This document shows, piece by piece, positions 13,161 through 24,083 of a stretch of 64,000 bases of DNA. The DNA is from Octopus vulgaris. Lineage: Eukaryota. A model generated the notes under the pieces. That model searched no databases. It was given only the letters and a program-made list of their open reading frames with translations, and was not told where the DNA came from. Within the stretch, counting starts at the first letter, position 1; every line of letters starts with the position of its first letter. The position numbers and the translations under genes are program-made. The DNA is taken from contig OX597829.1 in assembly GCA_951406725.2 (NCBI GenBank), forward strand, positions 42,780,001 through 42,844,000. Direction: 5' to 3'.

Positions 13161-13446
13161 ATCGGGGAATTACCTCCCTTTGCAGGATAAGGACACCGTG
13201 ACGGTGTCGAGCCTTTCTGGTGACGTCGATGTTCGCCTGGGGCTAAATGCAACAGTAACACCCCCACCACCCTGCCCTGTCCCTAGCCATATTCAGATGG
13301 CTTTAGTCCCTTATGTTATCGAGCAGTTACTGTCTATATCTCTTTTAGAGAATTATTATTGCTTTCGAACAGATTTTCGAAATCAGCAAATGTATTTTGC
13401 TTGAAAATCTATATATGAATATCCTGCAGAGTGAGAATTCGTCGAG

Positions 13447-13520
13447 GAAGCGGAAGCCTACCACACGCCGACGATGGGCAATACACCTTGAAACCATGGT
13501 CCGTGTGTGGTTTCCGCTTC
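13447..13520 (+). ncRNA. Type I hammerhead ribozyme, unit 2
   Basis: Identical to unit 1; predicted cut after 13501. Confidence 0.85.
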
Positions 13521-13806
13521 ATCGGGGAATTACCTCCCTTTGCAGGATAAGGACACCGTGACGGTGTCGAGCCTTTCTGGTGACGTCGATGTTCGCCTGG
13601 GGCTAAATGCAACAGTAACACCCCCACCACCCTGCCCTGTCCCTAGCCATATTCAGATGGCTTTAGTCCCTTATGTTATCGAGCAGTTACTGTCTATATC
13701 TCTTTTAGAGAATTATTATTGCTTTCGAACAGATTTTCGAAATCAGCAAATGTATTTTGCTTGAAAATCTATATATGAATATCCTGCAGAGTGAGAATTC
13801 GTCGAG

Positions 13807-13880
13807 GAAGCGGAAGCCTACCACACGCCGACGATGGGCAATACACCTTGAAACCATGGTCCGTGTGTGGTTTCCGCTTC
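13807..13880 (+). ncRNA. Type I hammerhead ribozyme, unit 3
   Basis: Identical to unit 1; predicted cut after 13861. Confidence 0.85.
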
Positions 13881-14166
13881 ATCGGGGAATTACCTCCCTT
13901 TGCAGGATAAGGACACCGTGACGGTGTCGAGCCTTTCTGGTGACGTCGATGTTCGCCTGGGGCTAAATGCAACAGTAACACCCCCACCACCCTGCCCTGT
14001 CCCTAGCCATATTCAGATGGCTTTAGTCCCTTATGTTATCGAGCAGTTACTGTCTATATCTCTTTTAGAGAATTATTATTGCTTTCGAACAGATTTTCGA
14101 AATCAGCAAATGTATTTTGCTTGAAAATCTATATATGAATATCCTGCAGAGTGAGAATTCGTCGAG

Positions 14167-14240
14167 GAAGCGGAAGCCTACCACACGCCGACGATGGGCA
14201 ATACACCTTGAAACCATGGTCCGTGTGTGGTTTCCGCTTC
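14167..14240 (+). ncRNA. Type I hammerhead ribozyme, unit 4
   Basis: Identical to unit 1; predicted cut after 14221. Confidence 0.85.
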
Positions 14241-14442
14241 ATCGGGGAATTACCTCCCTTTGCAGGATAAGGACACCGTGACGGTGTCGAGCCTTTCTGG
14301 TGACGTCGATGTTCGCCTGGGGCTAAATGCAACAGTAACACCCCCACCACCCTGCCCTGTCCCTAGCCATATTCAGATGGCTTTAGTCCCTTATGTTATC
14401 GAGCAGTTACTGTCTATATCTCTTTTAGAGAATTATTATTGC

Positions 14443-14474
<32 letters not shown>

Positions 14475-14599
14475 TATGTATATATGTATATATATATATA
14501 TATGTATATATATGTATGTATGTGTGTGTGTGTGTGTAACCACATGTGAATCGTTGGCGCTTTTTCCCTCTATCTTCCTTTTCTATTAGACTTTCCTCT

Positions 14600-14634
14600 G
14601 TTTCTGAAGAAGAGCGTTGCTCGAAACATTAAAC
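14600..14634 (+). ncRNA. Minimal type I hammerhead (degenerate stem III) in a pLTR-like fragment at about 14540-14735
   Basis: GUUU-CUGAAGA-A-GAGC-GUU-GCUC-GAAA-CAUU-AAAC. Confidence 0.6.
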
Positions 14635-14777
14635 CATCTTTCTTTCCTTCCATAAGCGTCTGCTAATACTTTACATGTACCAAGTCCTCGCGTTGTTGTT
14701 TTTAGTGTTTGTTTTTCGTTTTGGGGGATTTACTATATATATATATATATATATAATTATATGCATATATACATACC

Positions 14778-14823
<46 letters not shown>

Positions 14824-14844
14824 TATGCATATATATACATACCT

Positions 14845-14938
<94 letters not shown>

Positions 14939-15500
14939 GCATATATGGGTACAGGACACAAAAAATACCTTGAACACAATGAGAAACGAAAACAGAAACA
15001 AAAACAGAGAAACGAGACATGCAACATAAAGGATATTCCCCTTCTTCAGTTGTCCCTGTTTCATCTGCTCCCAGTTTCGAAATCATGCACAATACGCGAC
15101 TTCATTGAAACAGTCCTTCCCGCAAAGCAAATTAAATAAAATTTGGGATTTTTTTTGCGGATGGTGAAAGTGATAACAAGAACAGGACGACAGTAAGAAC
15201 AAAACAGTAAAAACAAACGGTGAGGGCTGTTATGCTTTAAAATGCGTTAAATAAATGTTATTGGTCGAGGAAAAGATTAGATGTTTCCAAATCTGGTTCT
15301 GTATCAGATAACTGAAGCAAATGTCGGACAGGAGTCAGTCAATATGGCTCTATTGTGTTATGTAGTTCGGAGGTAATGGTGAGCTGAAATACCAGACGTG
15401 CATAAAGGTTTGAGATACAGCAGAAGAGTCTGACTCTGTCCCTCATTCTGTGTAAACGGTTAGACGTGAACTCACCACGCCTCCATTGATGAGTATGTGC

Positions 15501-15553
<53 letters not shown>

Positions 15554-16477
15554 AGCCTATGAGTGTGTATGTGTGCAAGTCTATATGTGTGAAGTTGGTA
15601 CGAATAGAAGAAAATTAATCTGTTGTTGCTGCTACGAGAGTATTTGTTGTGTGCCCAATTGTAAGATGAAGTTTTCGCTGTTAATCTGTTGTAGTTGGGA
15701 AAACGTGTAGTTAGAGTAATGAACCTTGAAAAAGCGCTGATGAGATTCCAATGATGAGAAGTTAAAACGTGGGTTGGAATGATTGATGGGATTATAATGA
15801 TATTGATAAGATTCCTCCGGAAGTGATCTGCTAAGCGTCGACAAATATCACCTTTATACACTGCCTTATGGAGGTTGCATTATATGAAGTATGTAATATT
15901 CCTGGGTCGAATAGGTGAAATTGTTGAAATTCTGGTGTCTGCTGTTGGACCTGTATAAGTGCAGTTAAAAGATGACTCGACAAGTGTTAGCAACTAAAGC
16001 AGAAAAATCGACTGGGGTTCTCGAATGAGTGAGAATCGAAGCAAAATAATTACTGCCCTTTAGAATAACTACTGCCCTCCCACTTGTCTTGATCTTCTAA
16101 GATAAGATAGAAACAGGTGGAATGGGATCAGTAGCTGGATTAGAATAGCAAATACGAGCGTTTCAGAGAATAGTCTGCTGGAGACATTGGCTGATAGATG
16201 AAAATTTAAAAAGGAATGAATAAAGCCAAGAATGATAGAATTGCATCGATCAACTGAATTTGGTGATGCGAATTATTGGAAACTGACTACGTTTTAGCTT
16301 GTTGTACGAAGAATTAGACTATTTGATGTAACACGGAGTAAGAATTTCAACTACTAAAGCAACAAAACAGAAATTATGAGAAAAAGATAACAGCCTTGGT
16401 TTGAGTGATGTGGGGAAGCAAAATCAAGGTTACAGCGGTGTCTGTGTGTTTGTTAATGTTAGAACTAGAGTAGTAAC

Positions 16478-16806
16478 CATTGCAGCGTGGAAGGTGTTTG
16501 TAAGCCATTTAAGAAACACACAAAAGCCGTTCGATTCACTTCAACATTTAAGTTTAATTTGTCAAAATATTTTCGTCGCTAAAATCGACAAAAATCCGTG
16601 CTGCTTCACGGATTTTTGTCAGTGAACAGGTCGCGGATTTTAGCGACGAAAATATTTTGACAAATTAAACTTAAATGTTGAAGTGAATCGAACGGCTTTT
16701 GTGTATTTCTTAGATGGCTTACAAACACCTTCCACGCTGCAATTGTTTTCGTTCCAGCACACGATCTCTGATCAAATCACTTGCTATGCGAGTACATCTC
16801 TGTAAA
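16478..16806 (+). mobile_element. Palindromic hammerhead-bearing insertion with 12-bp TSD
   Basis: TSD tagagtagtaac at 16466 and 16807; about 108-bp inverted arms (16479-16586 / 16636-16743); second family copy at 51546-51747. Confidence 0.8.
16614..16664 (+). ncRNA. Minimal type I hammerhead with G3-C8 swapped core
   Basis: UUUGUCA-GUGAACA-G-GUCGC-GGAUUUUA-GCGAC-GAAA-AUAU-UU^UGACAAA. Confidence 0.7.
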
Positions 16807-17203
16807 TAGAGTAGTAACATTCTTGATAAAAATGACTATAACCAAGAACTGGTGTTAAAAATGCTGGAAGGTAATTTCAAAGCAGCTGAAAAGAGTGGAG
16901 AAGGATATCAAAGTTGTCCGATGTCCGTTGGGGAGTTGACGGTGTAATGATCGAATAATTAAATGACTAGACCAATGAACGCGGAATGATATGCTTCAAG
17001 ATGACCAAAGCCTCCAAAATGGCATTGCTGGAGGTCCAGCCTATCTCTAGTGTTCTACAAGTGAATCTCGACTGAGAAAAGGTTGAAATTGAGAAGAACT
17101 ATTAAGTCTTAGTTTTGTGTGGGGGTCACTAAAGTGTTTGAGGGTTAGAGACCTGTCATCATAACGAATAACGAATTGAAGATATTTTATAGCTGTGCTC
17201 AAA

Positions 17204-17625
17204 GGCGCAGGAGTGGCTGTGTGGTAAGTAGCTTGCTAACCAACCACATGGTTCCGGGTTCAGTCCCACTGCGTGGCACCTTGGGCAAGTGTCTTCTGCT
17301 ATAGCCCCGGGCCGACCAAAGCCTTGTGAGTGGATTTGGTAGGCGGAAACTGAAAGAAGCCCGTCGTATATAAGTATATATATATGTGTGTGCGTGTATG
17401 TTTGTGTGTCTGTGTTTGTTCCCCTAGCATTGCTTGACAACCGATGCTGGTGTGTTTACGTCCCCGTTACTTAGCGGTTCTGCAAAAAAATAGACCGATC
17501 GAATAAGTACTGGGCTTACAAAAGAATAAGTCCCGGGGTCGATTTGCTCGACTAAAAGGCGGTGCTCCAGCATGGCCGCAGTCAAATGACTGAAACAAGT
17601 AAAAGAGATAAAAGAGTAAAAGAGA
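17204..17625 (+). mobile_element. SINE family A
   Basis: Full-length match. Confidence 0.9.
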
Positions 17626-17666
17626 AATCATATGGCTTGATTGGCGAATCGGTTTACGCTTTTAAA

Positions 17667-17897
17667 GGCGGCGAGCTGGCAGAAACGTTAGCACGCCGGG
17701 CGAAATGCTTTGCGGTATTTCGTCTGCGTTACGTTGTGAGTTCAAATTCCGCCGAGGTCGACTTTGCTTTTCATCCCTTTCGTGGTCGATAAATTAAGTA
17801 CCAGTTACGCACTGGGGTCGATGTAATCGACTTAATACCTATGTCTGTCCTTGTTTGTCCCCTATGTGTTTAGCCCTTTGTGGGTAATAAAGAAATA
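17667..17897 (+). mobile_element. SINE family B, about 230 bp
   Basis: ggcggcgagctggcagaaacgttagc...gagttcaaattcc...aaagaaata; TSD gtttacgctttta. Confidence 0.9.
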
Positions 17898-18119
17898 TGT
17901 TTACGCTTTTATTTTGCAGATACCATCGAGCATTCAACTATTCTGGTACCTATAAGCATTTAACCGTTTCCTTACTTTCCACTTCAAATCCATTTTTATT
18001 CCAGTCCAACCTTCTCATCGATCTTTTATCTTCTGATTTTGATTTATAACATTTTTTTAATGTATTTTTTTTTTACTTGTTTGTTATGTATTAGTCTTAT
18101 TTTTTTCAATCGGCAATAA

Positions 18120-18125
18120 TAACTA

Positions 18126-18198
<73 letters not shown>

Positions 18199-18264
18199 GT
18201 GGTGGTGGTGATGATAATGATGATGAAGATGATGATGATATTATTATCATTATCATCATTATCA

Positions 18265-18299
<35 letters not shown>

Positions 18300-18407
18300 G
18301 TTGTTGTTGTTATTATCATTATCATTATCATCATCATCATTATTATTATTATTATCATTATTATAATATTATTATTATTATTATTATTATTATCATCATT
18401 ATTATTA

Positions 18408-18452
<45 letters not shown>

Positions 18453-18471
18453 CATTATTATTATATTATTA

Positions 18472-18515
<44 letters not shown>

Positions 18516-18545
18516 ATTATTATTATTAATATTATTATTATTATT

Positions 18546-18589
<44 letters not shown>

Positions 18590-18615
18590 TGATGATGATG
18601 ATGATGATGATAACA
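18120..18615. repeat. (AAT)n/(ATT)n/(GAT)n compound microsatellite
   Basis: Direct inspection. Confidence 0.95.
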
Positions 18616-19424
18616 ACCGTTACCCCCCCCCCCGCCTACAGTCATCTCCTGTCACTCGTTCGTCCTCCGATCCTTGCTTCGATCTTTTGAACTCTCTCCT
18701 ATTCCTTGTCCATCTACAAATGATAATCAGGAGCAGCTTAAATGTTAACCTATGTCAAATTTGACAGCAAATTTGATTTTTATGTCGACTAATCGCGTTT
18801 GACTTGCGCACTGACGTCCGTCTGACTCTCCTCAATCAACCCAGCTTTCCAATGCTTCCAAATTTCCGAGATTCCAGCTTCCCAGAATCTTTCCCCGAGA
18901 GAGGAAGGCATAAAAGAAGACGCTATCACATACAGTAAACTAACTACAGTGGCAACAAAACTTCAAAGAGGAAATAACCGACAGTTGCATGACAACCAGA
19001 ATATTACGATTGGAACTTTGTGTGTGTGTGTTTTTTTGTTTGTTTTTTTTTCCCCCCATTCTTTCGTTTCTTTCTTTTCTTTTCTTTTGCCTTTTCTTCT
19101 TTATTTTCTTTGTGTTATTCGTTGATATTCTTCTTTTATTAATTTATGCTGGATTGTTTTTTTTTTGTTTTTTTTCTTTATTTTCTTTATTTTTTTAAAA
19201 TTTTTATTTGTTTGCTCGTATTTGTTTCGATAAACTGTCGGCACAGGCCAAGAGAAAACTATAACTGACGAAACGACAACTTGACGACGGTGATGACGAC
19301 GCCGACAACCATTGCGATGATGACAACAACGATGACGATGACGACAATGAAGAGGAAAAGAGGAATAAAGAGGCGGAAGAGATTATGACTGAATACAAGT
19401 GTGAAGTAGAAGACGATGTTAAAA

Positions 19425-19558
19425 ATTATTATTCATTATTATTATTATCATTATTATTATTGCTGTTGGTTTTGTTGTTGTTGTTATTATTATTATTATC
19501 ATTATTATTATCATTATTATTATTATTATTATTATCATTATTATTATTATTATTATTA

Positions 19559-19590
<32 letters not shown>

Positions 19591-19606
19591 GCTGTTGTTT
19601 TTGTTG

Positions 19607-19646
<40 letters not shown>

Positions 19647-19672
19647 CATTATTATTATTATTATTATTATTA

Positions 19673-19722
<50 letters not shown>

Positions 19723-19767
19723 GCTGTTGTTTTTGTTGTTGTTGTTGTTATTATTATTATTATTATT
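19425..19767. repeat. (ATT)n microsatellite
   Basis: Direct inspection. Confidence 0.95.
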
Positions 19768-20147
19768 CTTTTACTTGTTTCAGTCATTTGACTGTGGCCA
19801 TGCAAATCGACCCCAGGACTTATTCTTTGTAAGCCTAGTACTTATTCTATAGGTCTTTTTTGCTGGACCGTTAAGTTACGGGGATATAAACACACCAGCA
19901 TCGGTTGTCAAGTAATGTTTGCGGGGGGGGGGGGGCAAAAACACAGACACACAAACATATATACACACATTCATATATATACATATATACGACGGGCTTT
20001 TTTCAGTTTCCATCTACCAAACCCACTCACAAGACTTTGGTCAGCCCAAGGCTATAGTAGAAGACACTTGCCAAAGGTGCCACGCAGTGGGACTGAACCT
20101 GGAACTATGTGCTTCTTAAGCAAGCTACTTACCACACAGCCACTCCT
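19767..20147 (-). mobile_element. SINE family A
   Basis: Reverse match to the family. Confidence 0.85.
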
Positions 20148-20163
20148 GTGTCAGTTGTTGTTG

Positions 20164-20260
<97 letters not shown>

Positions 20261-20487
20261 AAGATGGTGAGTTGGCAGAGTCGTTAGCACGCCGGGCGAA
20301 ATGCTTAAGGGTATTTCGCTCGTCGCTACGTTATATGTTAAAGTTCCACAGAGGTCGACTTTGCCTTTCATCCTCTGGGGGTCGATAAATTAAATAACAG
20401 TGAAACAATGGAGTGGAGGTAATCGACTACTCACTCCACCAAAAACAATTTCAGATCTTTGTGCTTTTAGTAGAAAAGGTTATTATT

Positions 20488-21470
20488 ATTGCTGTAACCT
20501 GAGAACTGCATGCGGTGAATGAAATATTGTATGTGTCTCTTTAACTCTGTGGGCTCGCACATGCATGACACATTTCTCATTATTCTGACGAGGTCTGCCA
20601 TCAAAATATTGAATTTGGCATTGTCCGCAATGGCTGAGTTCCGGTGGATCAAGTATTTTGAGGCCATAGGTTTGGCATAGTATGAATGAAGGATTTGGGT
20701 TTTATTATTCACAATTTCTTGCCCGAGTTCGGTGTCTAGTACTGGTAGTCTATGGTTGGGGTGTTTAGTGGGGTAGTCTATTGTGACCTTAATACTCTGG
20801 TGGAGTTATCTATTTGCTGGATGCTCTCCATAGTATTAGTTTCTATTACTATATCAACATTACTCTATTGTGGGGGTGCCTTTACCACTATGTTGATATC
20901 ATCAACATAGCGAAAGTACATGTTTACGAGTATGGAGTTCTGTGTTAGGCGTTCTTTAAGCCTTCTGTCCCACCATACCAGCGATACTAACACCGATGGC
21001 TGTCCCCTCGTCCTGGGCATATATTTTATTATTAAACTTAAACGTGTGGCCTTTTAGGGTAATTCTTATACTAGCTCCTAGTGCATGTGCGATCATTTTC
21101 TTTATCTGATGGACATTTGCGGGGCTCCGTATGGCTCTGGTCCATCCGCGCCATCTTTCTATATGTGTCTTCCTAGCCATAGAAGTAATTGTGGGCGGTC
21201 TACCTCTTAAACATCTACTGGGGCAGAAACTACTAGGATTATGTTTATCTAAGTATTCAGTATTACATGTCAGTCTAAGTAGGAGGCCCAGTTCTTCTGT
21301 GTTGACATTACAGAACTCCACCTGACTCTCATTGATCATCTCCACGCACTTCTCCACCGCAAAATCTACGTCGATCGATGGGTATAGGGATACCACATCC
21401 ATGCTACCCACCATACATCCTGTCAGATCACAAGTGGTGTTACAGTCATCGATCCTGCTGAGGAGATCTA
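20488..21470 (-). mobile_element. Penelope-like element reverse transcriptase fragment (probably Neptune-type), flanked by (ATT)n
   Basis: GSMDVVSLYPSI...GRPPTIT...HTFKFNNKIYAQDEGTAIG, then YFRYVDDINIVV (about 20885-20920), LPVLDTEL and YAKPMAS thumb motifs; frameshifted. Confidence 0.85.
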
Positions 21471-21480
21471 TTACTATTAC

Positions 21481-21520
<40 letters not shown>

Positions 21521-21544
21521 TACTATTATTATTATTATTATTGC

Positions 21545-22097
21545 GTGAGAGAGCAGTGCATGCCATGAAAGTGACAATGGGGTAAAATATACGAAGCCCA
21601 GTATACTCATCATGGCTACTCGACTGATAAGAGTACACCAGGCTCATGCATCACAACCATATGTGCGCGACATGGTGATCTCATATCAAGATAAACAGCA
21701 CATGACCTTGCAGGTGGAGCCCAGTTAGAATTTTCTTCAGGTTGAGCAGCCCATCCCGCTCAAAAGGTCCCTGAATAAGGGTTGTTTAAGGATGTTGAAC
21801 GTAACACATGTTACCAGAGGTGAACTATTCAAACCCCAAAGAATCCCTCTCAACAAATGGCTATGATGCTCCCCCACTACGTCTGCTCGTGGTCAGAGAT
21901 GTACATATCGTCAGCCACTAAGGGACATGCTCAACTGGTTAAGGTCAAACAACTGACAAGCAAATCTATGGTATTGAGCAGAATATTTGCTGTAGCCCAT
22001 CTTTTATACCAAGACAAAACAATGTACATGATAACACTTCCAATCAGTTAAGATCAGAAGCCATGAGAGCCACTGCCTGGTACTGCATCAGGGTATT
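21545..22097 (-). mobile_element. About 550-bp non-coding interspersed element embedded in (ATT)n
   Basis: Close copies at 44187-44742 and 62477-62980, all bounded by (ATT)n. Strand is inferred. Confidence 0.85.
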
Positions 22098-22099
22098 TA

Positions 22100-22197
<98 letters not shown>

Positions 22198-22240
22198 GGT
22201 GGTGGTGGTGGTGGTGGTGGTGGTTGTGGTGGTGGTGGTG

Positions 22241-22300
<60 letters not shown>

Positions 22301-22420
22301 TGAAAAATGTGATAGCAGATAGCAGATAGTGATGACTTTAATCGAGCAACTCGACCCCGGGACTTATTCTTTTGTTTGTATATATATCTATGTACGTATA
22401 TATATATACAAATGTATGTG

Positions 22421-22455
<35 letters not shown>

Positions 22456-22583
22456 ATATATATATAGTTAATCCAAACAAGAAAACACAGAAAAAAAGAG
22501 AAAAAAAAGGAGAAAAAAACACAGCAACGCAGGACGTGGAACAATTAAAGTATTATTGACGCTCAGGAAAGAAGGGAAGGAAG

Positions 22584-22618
22584 GTTTAACGTTTCGAGCG
22601 GAGCTCTTCGTCGGAAAC
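22584..22618 (-). ncRNA. Minimal type I hammerhead in a pLTR-like fragment (about 22465-22670)
   Basis: GUUU-CCGACGA-A-GAGC-UCC-GCUC-GAAA-CG-UU^AAAC. Confidence 0.7.
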
Positions 22619-22765
22619 AAGGAGAAGGAAAGATCCCAAAGAGGGAAGACAGAGGAGAAAATATTTGAGCTGGTGGTGCTTAAGAGATCACATGTTGAAA
22701 GCTCACATGTTGAATACATATATATATGATCCCGGAACCAAGAGATCACATGTTGAATACATATA

Positions 22766-22820
<55 letters not shown>

Positions 22821-22857
22821 GTATATACATATATATATATATTCATGTATATATATG

Positions 22858-23925
22858 TTGCCGCACTTGCCCTTACCTCTCCAACACCACGCTCCTCACC
22901 GGCACCCATCATCGACTCCTTCACCTGCACCTCCAGCAATATCATCTATTGCATCTCCTTCTCTCTGCCATTCCCTGTATATCGTACAAACGGGACGCCG
23001 CTTGGCTGACCGGTTCGCAGAACACCTCCGAGACATCCGTCTCGCCAATGACACTCCAGTCTCACGCCATTTCCGCTCCACCGGTCACTCCTTGCAACAC
23101 TTGTCTGTGTTCCGATTGTCCTTGCACAGAGGCCATCCGGATTCCCGCTTGCGCCGTGAACAGGGATTAATCTTCTCTCTTCGCTCTTTTACGCCATTTG
23201 GGCTCAACTGCCCCCCCCCTTTTCATCTAACCTTCCCCCGACTCCTACTTCTCTTCAGTCCTTCATCTTTTCACCCCTACTCTCTTTCCCTCCTCTTACC
23301 TTCTTTCTCTTCTTCCCTCTTCTCCTTCTTCTCTCTTCTTCCCTCTTTCCCTTCTCTCTTTCTTTCTGCTCCCTCACTCCCCTTCTCTCCCCTCTCCTCC
23401 CCTCCACCTCTCCCCTCTCCTCCCCTCCACCTCTCCCCTCCCCCTTCTCCTCCTCTCCCTCATCCTCCTCTCTCCCGCTCATCTCCCCCCTGTCTCCCCC
23501 TCATCTCCTCTCTCCCCTCCCCTCCCCTCTCTTCTCTCCCTTCTCACTCTCCCCACAACCCCCACTCTACCCCAACCTCCAGCCGAACCCACACCCCACC
23601 TGGGCTTTCCCCACTCTCGCCCTCCACCTCCCCACAACATCACACCACACAACACTACACCATACGACATTACACATCACATCACAACACACCACCCACA
23701 CACCCATCCCCAGATCCCCACACCCACACATACATACACGCATTTTTTTCTCTCCTTGTTTCTCTCCTTGGTTTTTTTCCTGTGTATCTTTCTGTCGAAG
23801 AGCGTAGGCTCGAAACGTAAAAGACTTGTTCTATTTCTATTCCTGAGCGCCATACTAATACATTTGTTTGTTTGTACTCCACCTGCCTTCGTCTTTTGTT
23901 TATTTTCATAAAGCTTCCCGTTATA
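22858..23925 (+). mobile_element. 3' end of a Penelope-like element: GIY-YIG endonuclease remnant, pyrimidine tract and pLTR with hammerhead, flanked by (TA)n
   Basis: [12 protein letters not shown] and SLYIVQTGRRLADRFAEHL...RLRREQGLIFSLRSFTPFGLN; hammerhead at 23787-23824. Confidence 0.85.
23787..23824 (+). ncRNA. Minimal type I hammerhead, A6U variant
   Basis: UCUUU-CUGUCGA-A-GAGC-GUAG-GCUC-GAAA-CG-UA^AAAGA. Confidence 0.65.
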
Positions 23926-24005
23926 TATGTATATATATGTATATGTATAAGTATATATACATATATATATGTATATAATTATGTGAATATTTATATATAT
24001 ATATA

Positions 24006-24083
24006 CTTTATTTAAAGCAGCAGAAAATTCAACAAAACCTATTACTCTGAGTTTCCCGTTGCCGTTCATCGGACAGTTTTTGC
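24006..24083 (-). ncRNA. Hammerhead-containing fragment in (TA)n, same family as 25967-26193
   Basis: Minus strand CUGU-CCGAUGA-ACGGCAACGG-GAAA-CUCAGAG-UA^AUAG. Confidence 0.65.

Larger units (their letters stand above)
12640..14443 (+). mobile_element. Hammerhead-containing 360-bp tandem array (candidate retrozyme or PLE pLTR array): inverted partial copy 12640-12937 plus about 4.2 direct copies 12937-14443, flanked by (TA)n
   Basis: Identical sequence at 360-bp spacing (13081/13441/13801/14161); 12640-12937 is the reverse complement of 13018-13315; one hammerhead fold per unit. Confidence 0.9.
14940..17155 (-). mobile_element. Highly decayed Penelope-like element (GIY-YIG and RT remnants, 3' region ending at (TA)n)
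   Basis: The minus-strand piece YKGDICRRLADHFRRNL resembles PLE Y.G.T.RRL..RF.EH; the terminal gtcctgtacccatat tail is shared with 38345 and 38740. Boundaries are approximate. Confidence 0.5.

Noticed and set aside
12685-14350. Repeated 73-85 aa ORFs in the 360-bp array; CRISPR-like interpretation
   Set aside because: No recognisable domain, and the ORFs recur only because the unit repeats. There are no unique spacers or cas genes, and the context is eukaryotic.
15050-15120. Minus-strand hairpin CTGTTTCA/TGAAACAG with GAAAC as a hammerhead
   Set aside because: The core does not match CUGANGA or a compensated variant.
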